From: Nemertoderma westbladi
Taxonomy: Eukaryota > Animalia > Xenacoelomorpha
Direction: 5' to 3'
DNA length: 55,310 nucleotides
NCBI GenBank assembly: GCA_032718475.1
Contig: JAUCBJ010009079.1
Location: 1-55,310, forward strand
In this document: one piece after another, positions 22,913 through 36,149 of the stretch
Layout: each line of letters opens with the position of its first letter
Position numbering within the stretch: position 1 is the stretch's first letter
Notes under the pieces: model-generated
Seen by the model: only the letters and a program-made list of their open reading frames with translations
Databases searched by the model: none
Told to the model about the DNA's origin: nothing
Position numbers and translations under genes: made by a program

Positions 22913-25900
22913 CCACTAGCCACTAAACCAAATAGAGTACCGGTACCCCACTAGCCACTAAACCAAATAGAGTACCGGTACCCCACTAGCCACTAAACCA
23001 AATAGAGTACCGGTACCCCACTAGCCACTAAACCAAATAGAGTACCGGTACCCCACTAGCCACTAAACCAAATAGAGTACCGGTACCCCACTAGCCACTA
23101 AACCAAATAGAGTACCGGTACCCCACTAGCCACTAAACCAAATAGAGTACCGGTACCCCACTAGCCACTAAACCAAATAGAGTACCGGTACCCCACTAGC
23201 CACTAAACCAAATAGAGTACCGGTACCCCACTAGCCACTAAACCAAATAGAGTACCGGTACCCCACTAGCCACTAAACCAAATAGAGTACCGGTACCCCA
23301 CTAGCCACTAAACCAAATAGAGTACCGGTACCCCACTAGCCACTAAACCAAATAGAGTACCGGTACCCCACTAGCCACTAAACCAAATAGAGTACCGGTA
23401 CCCCACTAGCCACTAAACCAAATAGAGTACCGGTACCCCACTAGCCACTAAACCAAATAGAGTACCGGTACCCCACTAGCCACTAAACCAAATAGAGTAC
23501 CGGTACCCCACTAGCCACTAAACCAAATAGAGTACCGGTACCCCACTAGCCACTAAACCAAATAGAGTACCGGTACCCCACTAGCCACTAAACCAAATAG
23601 AGTACCGGTACCCCACTAGCCACTAAACCAAATAGAGTACCGGTACCCCACTAGCCACTAAACCAAATAGAGTACCGGTACCCCACTAGCCACTAAACCA
23701 AATAGAGTACCGGTACCCCACTAGCCACTAAACCAAATAGAGTACCGGTACCCCACTAGCCACTAAACCAAATAGAGTACCGGTACCCCACTAGCCACTA
23801 AACCAAATAGAGTACCGGTACCCCACTAGCCACTAAACCAAATAGAGTACCGGTACCCCACTAGCCACTAAACCAAATAGAGTACCGGTACCCCACTAGC
23901 CACTAAACCAAATAGAGTACCGGTACCCCACTAGCCACTAAACCAAATAGAGTACCGGTACCCCACTAGCCACTAAACCAAATAGAGTACCGGTACCCCA
24001 CTAGCCACTAAACCAAATAGAGTACCGGTACCCCACTAGCCACTAAACCAAATAGAGTACCGGTACCCCACTAGCCACTAAACCAAATAGAGTACCGGTA
24101 CCCCACTAGCCACTAAACCAAATAGAGTACCGGTACCCCACTAGCCACTAAACCAAATAGAGTACCGGTACCCCACTAGCCACTAAACCAAATAGAGTAC
24201 CGGTACCCCACTAGCCACTAAACCAAATAGAGTACCGGTACCCCACTAGCCACTAAACCAAATAGAGTACCGGTACCCCACTAGCCACTAAACCAAATAG
24301 AGTACCGGTACCCCACTAGCCACTAAACCAAATAGAGTACCGGTACCCCACTAGCCACTAAACCAAATAGAGTACCGGTACCCCACTAGCCACTAAACCA
24401 AATAGAGTACCGGTACCCCACTAGCCACTAAACCAAATAGAGTACCGGTACCCCACTAGCCACTAAACCAAATAGAGTACCGGTACCCCACTAGCCACTA
24501 AACCAAATAGAGTACCGGTACCCCACTAGCCACTAAACCAAATAGAGTACCGGTACCCCACTAGCCACTAAACCAAATAGAGTACCGGTACCCCACTAGC
24601 CACTAAACCAAATAGAGTACCGGTACCCCACTAGCCACTAAACCAAATAGAGTACCGGTACCCCACTAGCCACTAAACCAAATAGAGTACCGGTACCCCA
24701 CTAGCCACTAAACCAAATAGAGTACCGGTACCCCACTAGCCACTAAACCAAATAGAGTACCGGTACCCCACTAGCCACTAAACCAAATAGAGTACCGGTA
24801 CCCCACTAGCCACTAAACCAAATAGAGTACCGGTACCCCACTAGCCACTAAACCAAATAGAGTACCGGTACCCCACTAGCCACTAAACCAAATAGAGTAC
24901 CGGTACCCCACTAGCCACTAAACCAAATAGAGTACCGGTACCCCACTAGCCACTAAACCAAATAGAGTACCGGTACCCCACTAGCCACTAAACCAAATAG
25001 AGTACCGGTACCCCACTAGCCACTAAACCAAATAGAGTACCGGTACCCCACTAGCCACTAAACCAAATAGAGTACCGGTACCCCACTAGCCACTAAACCA
25101 AATAGAGTACCGGTACCCCACTAGCCACTAAACCAAATAGAGTACCGGTACCCCACTAGCCACTAAACCAAATAGAGTACCGGTACCCCACTAGCCACTA
25201 AACCAAATAGAGTACCGGTACCCCACTAGCCACTAAACCAAATAGAGTACCGGTACCCCACTAGCCACTAAACCAAATAGAGTACCGGTACCCCACTAGC
25301 CACTAAACCAAATAGAGTACCGGTACCCCACTAGCCACTAAACCAAATAGAGTACCGGTACCCCACTAGCCACTAAACCAAATAGAGTACCGGTACCCCA
25401 CTAGCCACTAAACCAAATAGAGTACCGGTACCCCACTAGCCACTAAACCAAATAGAGTACCGGTACCCCACTAGCCACTAAACCAAATAGAGTACCGGTA
25501 CCCCACTAGCCACTAAACCAAATAGAGTACCGGTACCCCACTAGCCACTAAACCAAATAGAGTACCGGTACCCCACTAGCCACTAAACCAAATAGAGTAC
25601 CGGTACCCCACTAGCCACTAAACCAAATAGAGTACCGGTACCCCACTAGCCACTAAACCAAATAGAGTACCGGTACCCCACTAGCCACTAAACCAAATAG
25701 AGTACCGGTACCCCACTAGCCACTAAACCAAATAGAGTACCGGTACCCCACTAGCCACTAAACCAAATAGAGTACCGGTACCCCACTAGCCACTAAACCA
25801 AATAGAGTACCGGTACCCCACTAGCCACTAAACCAAATAGAGTACCGGTACCCCACTAGCCACTAAACCAAATAGAGTACCGGTACCCCACTAGCCACTA

Positions 25901-28900
25901 AACCAAATAGAGTACCGGTACCCCACTAGCCACTAAACCAAATAGAGTACCGGTACCCCACTAGCCACTAAACCAAATAGAGTACCGGTACCCCACTAGC
26001 CACTAAACCAAATAGAGTACCGGTACCCCACTAGCCACTAAACCAAATAGAGTACCGGTACCCCACTAGCCACTAAACCAAATAGAGTACCGGTACCCCA
26101 CTAGCCACTAAACCAAATAGAGTACCGGTACCCCACTAGCCACTAAACCAAATAGAGTACCGGTACCCCACTAGCCACTAAACCAAATAGAGTACCGGTA
26201 CCCCACTAGCCACTAAACCAAATAGAGTACCGGTACCCCACTAGCCACTAAACCAAATAGAGTACCGGTACCCCACTAGCCACTAAACCAAATAGAGTAC
26301 CGGTACCCCACTAGCCACTAAACCAAATAGAGTACCGGTACCCCACTAGCCACTAAACCAAATAGAGTACCGGTACCCCACTAGCCACTAAACCAAATAG
26401 AGTACCGGTACCCCACTAGCCACTAAACCAAATAGAGTACCGGTACCCCACTAGCCACTAAACCAAATAGAGTACCGGTACCCCACTAGCCACTAAACCA
26501 AATAGAGTACCGGTACCCCACTAGCCACTAAACCAAATAGAGTACCGGTACCCCACTAGCCACTAAACCAAATAGAGTACCGGTACCCCACTAGCCACTA
26601 AACCAAATAGAGTACCGGTACCCCACTAGCCACTAAACCAAATAGAGTACCGGTACCCCACTAGCCACTAAACCAAATAGAGTACCGGTACCCCACTAGC
26701 CACTAAACCAAATAGAGTACCGGTACCCCACTAGCCACTAAACCAAATAGAGTACCGGTACCCCACTAGCCACTAAACCAAATAGAGTACCGGTACCCCA
26801 CTAGCCACTAAACCAAATAGAGTACCGGTACCCCACTAGCCACTAAACCAAATAGAGTACCGGTACCCCACTAGCCACTAAACCAAATAGAGTACCGGTA
26901 CCCCACTAGCCACTAAACCAAATAGAGTACCGGTACCCCACTAGCCACTAAACCAAATAGAGTACCGGTACCCCACTAGCCACTAAACCAAATAGAGTAC
27001 CGGTACCCCACTAGCCACTAAACCAAATAGAGTACCGGTACCCCACTAGCCACTAAACCAAATAGAGTACCGGTACCCCACTAGCCACTAAACCAAATAG
27101 AGTACCGGTACCCCACTAGCCACTAAACCAAATAGAGTACCGGTACCCCACTAGCCACTAAACCAAATAGAGTACCGGTACCCCACTAGCCACTAAACCA
27201 AATAGAGTACCGGTACCCCACTAGCCACTAAACCAAATAGAGTACCGGTACCCCACTAGCCACTAAACCAAATAGAGTACCGGTACCCCACTAGCCACTA
27301 AACCAAATAGAGTACCGGTACCCCACTAGCCACTAAACCAAATAGAGTACCGGTACCCCACTAGCCACTAAACCAAATAGAGTACCGGTACCCCACTAGC
27401 CACTAAACCAAATAGAGTACCGGTACCCCACTAGCCACTAAACCAAATAGAGTACCGGTACCCCACTAGCCACTAAACCAAATAGAGTACCGGTACCCCA
27501 CTAGCCACTAAACCAAATAGAGTACCGGTACCCCACTAGCCACTAAACCAAATAGAGTACCGGTACCCCACTAGCCACTAAACCAAATAGAGTACCGGTA
27601 CCCCACTAGCCACTAAACCAAATAGAGTACCGGTACCCCACTAGCCACTAAACCAAATAGAGTACCGGTACCCCACTAGCCACTAAACCAAATAGAGTAC
27701 CGGTACCCCACTAGCCACTAAACCAAATAGAGTACCGGTACCCCACTAGCCACTAAACCAAATAGAGTACCGGTACCCCACTAGCCACTAAACCAAATAG
27801 AGTACCGGTACCCCACTAGCCACTAAACCAAATAGAGTACCGGTACCCCACTAGCCACTAAACCAAATAGAGTACCGGTACCCCACTAGCCACTAAACCA
27901 AATAGAGTACCGGTACCCCACTAGCCACTAAACCAAATAGAGTACCGGTACCCCACTAGCCACTAAACCAAATAGAGTACCGGTACCCCACTAGCCACTA
28001 AACCAAATAGAGTACCGGTACCCCACTAGCCACTAAACCAAATAGAGTACCGGTACCCCACTAGCCACTAAACCAAATAGAGTACCGGTACCCCACTAGC
28101 CACTAAACCAAATAGAGTACCGGTACCCCACTAGCCACTAAACCAAATAGAGTACCGGTACCCCACTAGCCACTAAACCAAATAGAGTACCGGTACCCCA
28201 CTAGCCACTAAACCAAATAGAGTACCGGTACCCCACTAGCCACTAAACCAAATAGAGTACCGGTACCCCACTAGCCACTAAACCAAATAGAGTACCGGTA
28301 CCCCACTAGCCACTAAACCAAATAGAGTACCGGTACCCCACTAGCCACTAAACCAAATAGAGTACCGGTACCCCACTAGCCACTAAACCAAATAGAGTAC
28401 CGGTACCCCACTAGCCACTAAACCAAATAGAGTACCGGTACCCCACTAGCCACTAAACCAAATAGAGTACCGGTACCCCACTAGCCACTAAACCAAATAG
28501 AGTACCGGTACCCCACTAGCCACTAAACCAAATAGAGTACCGGTACCCCACTAGCCACTAAACCAAATAGAGTACCGGTACCCCACTAGCCACTAAACCA
28601 AATAGAGTACCGGTACCCCACTAGCCACTAAACCAAATAGAGTACCGGTACCCCACTAGCCACTAAACCAAATAGAGTACCGGTACCCCACTAGCCACTA
28701 AACCAAATAGAGTACCGGTACCCCACTAGCCACTAAACCAAATAGAGTACCGGTACCCCACTAGCCACTAAACCAAATAGAGTACCGGTACCCCACTAGC
28801 CACTAAACCAAATAGAGTACCGGTACCCCACTAGCCACTAAACCAAATAGAGTACCGGTACCCCACTAGCCACTAAACCAAATAGAGTACCGGTACCCCA

Positions 28901-31900
28901 CTAGCCACTAAACCAAATAGAGTACCGGTACCCCACTAGCCACTAAACCAAATAGAGTACCGGTACCCCACTAGCCACTAAACCAAATAGAGTACCGGTA
29001 CCCCACTAGCCACTAAACCAAATAGAGTACCGGTACCCCACTAGCCACTAAACCAAATAGAGTACCGGTACCCCACTAGCCACTAAACCAAATAGAGTAC
29101 CGGTACCCCACTAGCCACTAAACCAAATAGAGTACCGGTACCCCACTAGCCACTAAACCAAATAGAGTACCGGTACCCCACTAGCCACTAAACCAAATAG
29201 AGTACCGGTACCCCACTAGCCACTAAACCAAATAGAGTACCGGTACCCCACTAGCCACTAAACCAAATAGAGTACCGGTACCCCACTAGCCACTAAACCA
29301 AATAGAGTACCGGTACCCCACTAGCCACTAAACCAAATAGAGTACCGGTACCCCACTAGCCACTAAACCAAATAGAGTACCGGTACCCCACTAGCCACTA
29401 AACCAAATAGAGTACCGGTACCCCACTAGCCACTAAACCAAATAGAGTACCGGTACCCCACTAGCCACTAAACCAAATAGAGTACCGGTACCCCACTAGC
29501 CACTAAACCAAATAGAGTACCGGTACCCCACTAGCCACTAAACCAAATAGAGTACCGGTACCCCACTAGCCACTAAACCAAATAGAGTACCGGTACCCCA
29601 CTAGCCACTAAACCAAATAGAGTACCGGTACCCCACTAGCCACTAAACCAAATAGAGTACCGGTACCCCACTAGCCACTAAACCAAATAGAGTACCGGTA
29701 CCCCACTAGCCACTAAACCAAATAGAGTACCGGTACCCCACTAGCCACTAAACCAAATAGAGTACCGGTACCCCACTAGCCACTAAACCAAATAGAGTAC
29801 CGGTACCCCACTAGCCACTAAACCAAATAGAGTACCGGTACCCCACTAGCCACTAAACCAAATAGAGTACCGGTACCCCACTAGCCACTAAACCAAATAG
29901 AGTACCGGTACCCCACTAGCCACTAAACCAAATAGAGTACCGGTACCCCACTAGCCACTAAACCAAATAGAGTACCGGTACCCCACTAGCCACTAAACCA
30001 AATAGAGTACCGGTACCCCACTAGCCACTAAACCAAATAGAGTACCGGTACCCCACTAGCCACTAAACCAAATAGAGTACCGGTACCCCACTAGCCACTA
30101 AACCAAATAGAGTACCGGTACCCCACTAGCCACTAAACCAAATAGAGTACCGGTACCCCACTAGCCACTAAACCAAATAGAGTACCGGTACCCCACTAGC
30201 CACTAAACCAAATAGAGTACCGGTACCCCACTAGCCACTAAACCAAATAGAGTACCGGTACCCCACTAGCCACTAAACCAAATAGAGTACCGGTACCCCA
30301 CTAGCCACTAAACCAAATAGAGTACCGGTACCCCACTAGCCACTAAACCAAATAGAGTACCGGTACCCCACTAGCCACTAAACCAAATAGAGTACCGGTA
30401 CCCCACTAGCCACTAAACCAAATAGAGTACCGGTACCCCACTAGCCACTAAACCAAATAGAGTACCGGTACCCCACTAGCCACTAAACCAAATAGAGTAC
30501 CGGTACCCCACTAGCCACTAAACCAAATAGAGTACCGGTACCCCACTAGCCACTAAACCAAATAGAGTACCGGTACCCCACTAGCCACTAAACCAAATAG
30601 AGTACCGGTACCCCACTAGCCACTAAACCAAATAGAGTACCGGTACCCCACTAGCCACTAAACCAAATAGAGTACCGGTACCCCACTAGCCACTAAACCA
30701 AATAGAGTACCGGTACCCCACTAGCCACTAAACCAAATAGAGTACCGGTACCCCACTAGCCACTAAACCAAATAGAGTACCGGTACCCCACTAGCCACTA
30801 AACCAAATAGAGTACCGGTACCCCACTAGCCACTAAACCAAATAGAGTACCGGTACCCCACTAGCCACTAAACCAAATAGAGTACCGGTACCCCACTAGC
30901 CACTAAACCAAATAGAGTACCGGTACCCCACTAGCCACTAAACCAAATAGAGTACCGGTACCCCACTAGCCACTAAACCAAATAGAGTACCGGTACCCCA
31001 CTAGCCACTAAACCAAATAGAGTACCGGTACCCCACTAGCCACTAAACCAAATAGAGTACCGGTACCCCACTAGCCACTAAACCAAATAGAGTACCGGTA
31101 CCCCACTAGCCACTAAACCAAATAGAGTACCGGTACCCCACTAGCCACTAAACCAAATAGAGTACCGGTACCCCACTAGCCACTAAACCAAATAGAGTAC
31201 CGGTACCCCACTAGCCACTAAACCAAATAGAGTACCGGTACCCCACTAGCCACTAAACCAAATAGAGTACCGGTACCCCACTAGCCACTAAACCAAATAG
31301 AGTACCGGTACCCCACTAGCCACTAAACCAAATAGAGTACCGGTACCCCACTAGCCACTAAACCAAATAGAGTACCGGTACCCCACTAGCCACTAAACCA
31401 AATAGAGTACCGGTACCCCACTAGCCACTAAACCAAATAGAGTACCGGTACCCCACTAGCCACTAAACCAAATAGAGTACCGGTACCCCACTAGCCACTA
31501 AACCAAATAGAGTACCGGTACCCCACTAGCCACTAAACCAAATAGAGTACCGGTACCCCACTAGCCACTAAACCAAATAGAGTACCGGTACCCCACTAGC
31601 CACTAAACCAAATAGAGTACCGGTACCCCACTAGCCACTAAACCAAATAGAGTACCGGTACCCCACTAGCCACTAAACCAAATAGAGTACCGGTACCCCA
31701 CTAGCCACTAAACCAAATAGAGTACCGGTACCCCACTAGCCACTAAACCAAATAGAGTACCGGTACCCCACTAGCCACTAAACCAAATAGAGTACCGGTA
31801 CCCCACTAGCCACTAAACCAAATAGAGTACCGGTACCCCACTAGCCACTAAACCAAATAGAGTACCGGTACCCCACTAGCCACTAAACCAAATAGAGTAC

Positions 31901-32792
31901 CGGTACCCCACTAGCCACTAAACCAAATAGAGTACCGGTACCCCACTAGCCACTAAACCAAATAGAGTACCGGTACCCCACTAGCCACTAAACCAAATAG
32001 AGTACCGGTACCCCACTAGCCACTAAACCAAATAGAGTACCGGTACCCCACTAGCCACTAAACCAAATAGAGTACCGGTACCCCACTAGCCACTAAACCA
32101 AATAGAGTACCGGTACCCCACTAGCCACTAAACCAAATAGAGTACCGGTACCCCACTAGCCACTAAACCAAATAGAGTACCGGTACCCCACTAGCCACTA
32201 AACCAAATAGAGTACCGGTACCCCACTAGCCACTAAACCAAATAGAGTACCGGTACCCCACTAGCCACTNNNNNNNNNNNNNNNNNNNNNNNNNNNNNNN
32301 NNNNNNNNNNNNNNNNNNNNNNNNNNNNNNNNNNNNNNNNNNNNNNNNNNNNNNNNNNNNNNNNNNNNNGCCCCACTAGCCACTAAACCAAATAGAGTAC
32401 CGGTACCCCACTAGCCACTAAACCAAATAGAGTACCGGTACCCCACTAGCCACTAAACCACATAGAGTACCGGTACCCCACTAGCCACTAAACCAAATAG
32501 AGTACCGGTACCCCACTAGCCACTAAACCAAATAGAGTACCGGTACCCCACTAGCCACTAAACCAAATAGAGTACCGGTACCCCACTAGCCACTAAACCA
32601 AATAGAGTACCGGTACCCCACTAGCCACTAAACCAAATAGAGTACCGGTACCCCACTAGCCACTAAACCAAATAGAGTACCGGTACCCCACTAGCCACTA
32701 AACCAAATAGAGTACCGGTATCCCACTAGCCACTAAACCAAATAGAGTACCGGTACCCCACTAGCCACTAAACCAAATAGAGTACCGGTACC
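22913..32792. repeat. 35-bp satellite array, about 267 units before the gap and about 12 after
   Basis: Unit CACTAAACCAAATAGAGTACCGGTACCCCACTAGC; no variants seen before the gap, two single-base variants after it (32461, 32721). Confidence 0.98.
32270..32369. other. Assembly gap (100 N)
   Basis: Run of 100 N inside the satellite; the true array length is unknown. Confidence 0.99.
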
Positions 32793-32854
32793 TATCTATC
32801 TTTAATAATTTATTGTATTCTAAAAAAATCCGTCTATATTTTAAATTTAAAATA

Positions 32855-33054
32855 AAAACTTAATTGTTATTGTATATGTGTTTAACATCCATAGATTGTA
32901 TAAATTATAAGTAATTAAACAGAACTAAGGATGATCCAACGCTATAGCAAATAGATTAGTGGTGGCGAATTCATTTTTTCCGCTCCATTTGCTATAGCGT
33001 TGGATCATCCTTAGTTCTGTTTAATTACTTATAATTTAAAACTTAATTGTTATT
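32855..33054. mobile_element. TSD-flanked small foldback insertion
   Basis: 52-bp perfect inverted arms (32901-32952 / 32987-33038), 34-nt loop, 17-bp direct repeat AAAACTTAATTGTTATT at 32855 and 33038. Confidence 0.75.
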
Positions 33055-33390
33055 CCGTCAAAGTCCTGTGATATGTCTTTAGTAAAGCGACGAGAAAACA
33101 GGGACGAAAAGACAACACGAAAGGCTGGGGATGCCGTTGGTTGTAATAAAGCTAGATAATATATATAAATTTCCGGTAATTTTTAGAGACAGAATTGCCC
33201 TCCGCAGAAAATAGCAAAATAAATCACGTCGTTGTTCCTATCTAGCTATCAAGTCTGTTACAACAATAAACAACTTTAATATAAGCCTGTAGTAGAGCTG
33301 TCCTTGCCTGCTATTGAATTATTGTGAACAAGAAATAAACTGCGTTTGTTCGTTATTGTTATATGTTCGGTTGGCTGCCACAACACTGAC

Positions 33391-34762
33391 TGTTGTGGGG
33401 CGAGCCACGAAGTTGGCGGAGCCTTAGCGAATTGACACTGTTAGGGGGTGGGTCAATTTATGCAAATAGTTGTCGTCTGGGGCGAGCCACGAAGTTGGCG
33501 GAGCCTTAGCGAATTGACACTGTTAGGGGGTGGGTCAATTTATGCAAATAGTTGTCGTCGTCGTTGTCGTCGTCGTTGTCGTCGTCGTCGTCGTCGTCGT
33601 TACGATTTTGACATGCTAATAACTTTGTCGGATTTAAAGCTGCCAAGTTGAAAATTTGTAGGTATCAATATGAGCAAAAGTTGAGATTTTTGAGAGACTT
33701 TCAGACACCATCAGTGCAATGGTCTCCCGCTAGAGGGCCACATGTCTAAACATTAAATGCCCTCCCATTTCTTTGCTTTTAATCCGTTTAAGCTGAAACT
33801 TGGCAGATATGTATTAGACCATTAGCTGTGACTTTCAAAGGAGGCGAATCCATCTGCAGTTCTCCAGTCTGCCGCTAGAGGGCCAAAGGTCTGAAAGTGA
33901 AATCGTTGTCGTCGTTACGATTTTGACATGCTAATAACTTTGTCGGATTTAAAGCTGCCAAGTTGAAAATTTGTAGGTATCAATATGAGCTAAAGTTGAG
34001 ATTTTTGAGAGACTTTCAGACACCATCAGTGCAATGGTCTCCCGCTAGAGGGCCACATGTCTAAACATTAAATGCCCTCCCATTTCTTTGCTTTTAATCC
34101 GTTTAAGCTGAAACTTGGCAGATATGTATTAGACCATTAGCTGTGACTTTCAAAGGAGGCGAATCCATCTGCAGTTCTCCAGTCTGCCGCTAGAGGGCCA
34201 AATGTCTGAAAGTGAAATCGTTGTCGTCGTTATGATATTGACATGCTTATAACTTTGTCGAATTTAAAGCTGCCAAGTTGAAAATTTGTTTTGTTGAAAA
34301 TCAGTTCAACAGTCACCCGCTATAGGACTACTTTATGCCTGAAAGTGAATAGATTCTCCCGTCTCATTGATTTTAATCAGTTTAAGCTGAATCTTGCCAT
34401 ATATTCTGGACCACATGCTGCGTCTTTGTGGGGGGGGGGGGAGATTTAATCGGTCTGCCGCTATACGACGAAATTTCTGAAAGTGAGATCCGTCTCTCAT
34501 TTCGTTATCCGTTATTCAAGATGAAACTTGGCCGATGTACGTATGTACTATTCATCCATAGGCTGTGTCTTTGTGGGGCTGGAGACCCTAATCCATCTTC
34601 AGTTCTCACTATACCGCTAGAGTCAGAAATGTCTGAATAGAAATGAAAGAGGTAAAAAGTGATTAGGCGAAATCTGCTTAAAATTTGCTAATACAGTAAT
34701 ACTTTCGAATTAGTACTTAAATTAAATTTAAGTCACGTGCTGCGCGAAGGCCCCACTTCGTG
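33391..34762 (+). mobile_element. Non-autonomous Helentron/DINE-1 (HINE)-like element
   Basis: 82-bp 5' duplication, (GTC)n microsatellite, 315-bp internal tandem repeats (33598, 33913, 34228), GC-rich 3' end; termini shared with 10831-10898. Family assignment is from architecture only. Confidence 0.5.
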
Positions 34763-35559
34763 TAATAATGTTTACTGATTGAATTACTGAGTGACATCTG
34801 CTCTTTGATCATGAGCTCATGCTTAGGAGCTCAAGTCAAACATGGTCTGCATTCCACAACTACAGTATATCCTGGATCTGGAAGAGTTATGATATCTCCA
34901 TGCCCTTTAAAGGTCCAGTGTTAGTTCCGTGCAGCAGTGTTACCTGTGATCCTCTGTGGCACCCATGCTGGGCTCTAACTATGCTGAAGACACATACGTA
35001 TGTAATTACTATACTGTAACTGCCCAATCCAATTTTGCACTGGTTGGTGCAACATACGGTTATTCAATAATATTGTGAAAATATCCATCTTTGATATTTT
35101 GGATACTCGGTATACTTGCACAGTCAAAAATATTTTTTGAGGCCAAAGACCGGTATTGCGAGTTGTATTGGATTTATCTGGACTTGTGCTCCATACCATA
35201 AAGTCAACTATTTCTAAATTGTCCACCAAAAGGAAACCTATGCCTAACATCTATGCTACGATTTTAACCTATTAGATCCCGCGTAATAGGACTTTTAGAG
35301 TTGCAGGAAGCCACTATGTGTCTGGTACGTTACACTGGTGGAACGGGGGGGGGGGGGGGGGGGGGGCAGTAGAGGGTTAATACTCTTGAACTGAAACTTG
35401 CTCTACCCAATATCCAATGTCATAAAATTAAAGTAAACTTGAAACACGAAGCGCCGAAGGCTCCACTCTTGTGCCACAACATCAACGACCTCTTCACCGT
35501 GACTCAACGTTACTAATAAGAACACCATCAGAAGTAGCGGGATTATATATCTCAAATTT

Positions 35560-35666
35560 GGATCTAGGACACTTCCCCCCCGGACACTTCCCCCCGCCCA
35601 AGTAGGACACTTCCCCCCCGGACACTTCCCCCCCGGACACTTGCCCCCCGGACACTTCCCCCCCAG
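35560..35666 (+). repeat. Left terminal inverted repeat of the MULE
   Basis: Tandem GGACACTTCCCCCCC units, reverse-complementary to 53057-53164. Confidence 0.85.
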
Positions 35667-35829
35667 TTAAAATGTTAAAATTAATCTGGGTGCATCAAAG
35701 CAATAAACAAAAGTTAAAGATGGTTACAGGACAAGTTGTATCTAGACAAGTTTTTTCAAAATTATAAAAGAAACATTTTTATAGTCAAATTTTGTTTGTT
35801 TTTCTTTTAATTCTTTTAATTTCTTTTAA

Positions 35830-35930
35830 TTGGGGGCTGCCGCCCCCAAACCCCCGCTTCTTTTGTTGGGGGCTACCGCCCCCAAACCCCCGCTTCTTTT
35901 CTTGGGGGCTGCCGCCCCCAGACCCCGGCA
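35830..35930. repeat. Three GC-rich tandem units GGGGGCTGCCGCCCCCAAACCCCCGCTTC
   Basis: Directly visible; each unit contains a GGGGGC/GCCCCC hairpin. Confidence 0.8.
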
Positions 35931-36149
35931 TTTCCCTGAGTGCCCGTGGTGAAAGCCCGTGGTGAAATAATTAATTCATGTTTGTATCATCAGATATTAA
36001 ATTGACTAAGCCTAAAGTAGGAGCTGTATTGAATGTTAACCAATTTAATATATAAATTACTACAATATTATATAATTCAACAAAATCCTATTAAAAATAT
36101 TGCAAGTAACCAGGAAATTTAAAATGTAGTGTGTATAATATCTATATAG

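Noticed and set aside
22913-32792. CRISPR array or telomere (35-bp repeat with a palindrome)
   Set aside because: Units are head-to-tail with no spacers, there are no cas genes, the context is eukaryotic, and the array is interstitial.
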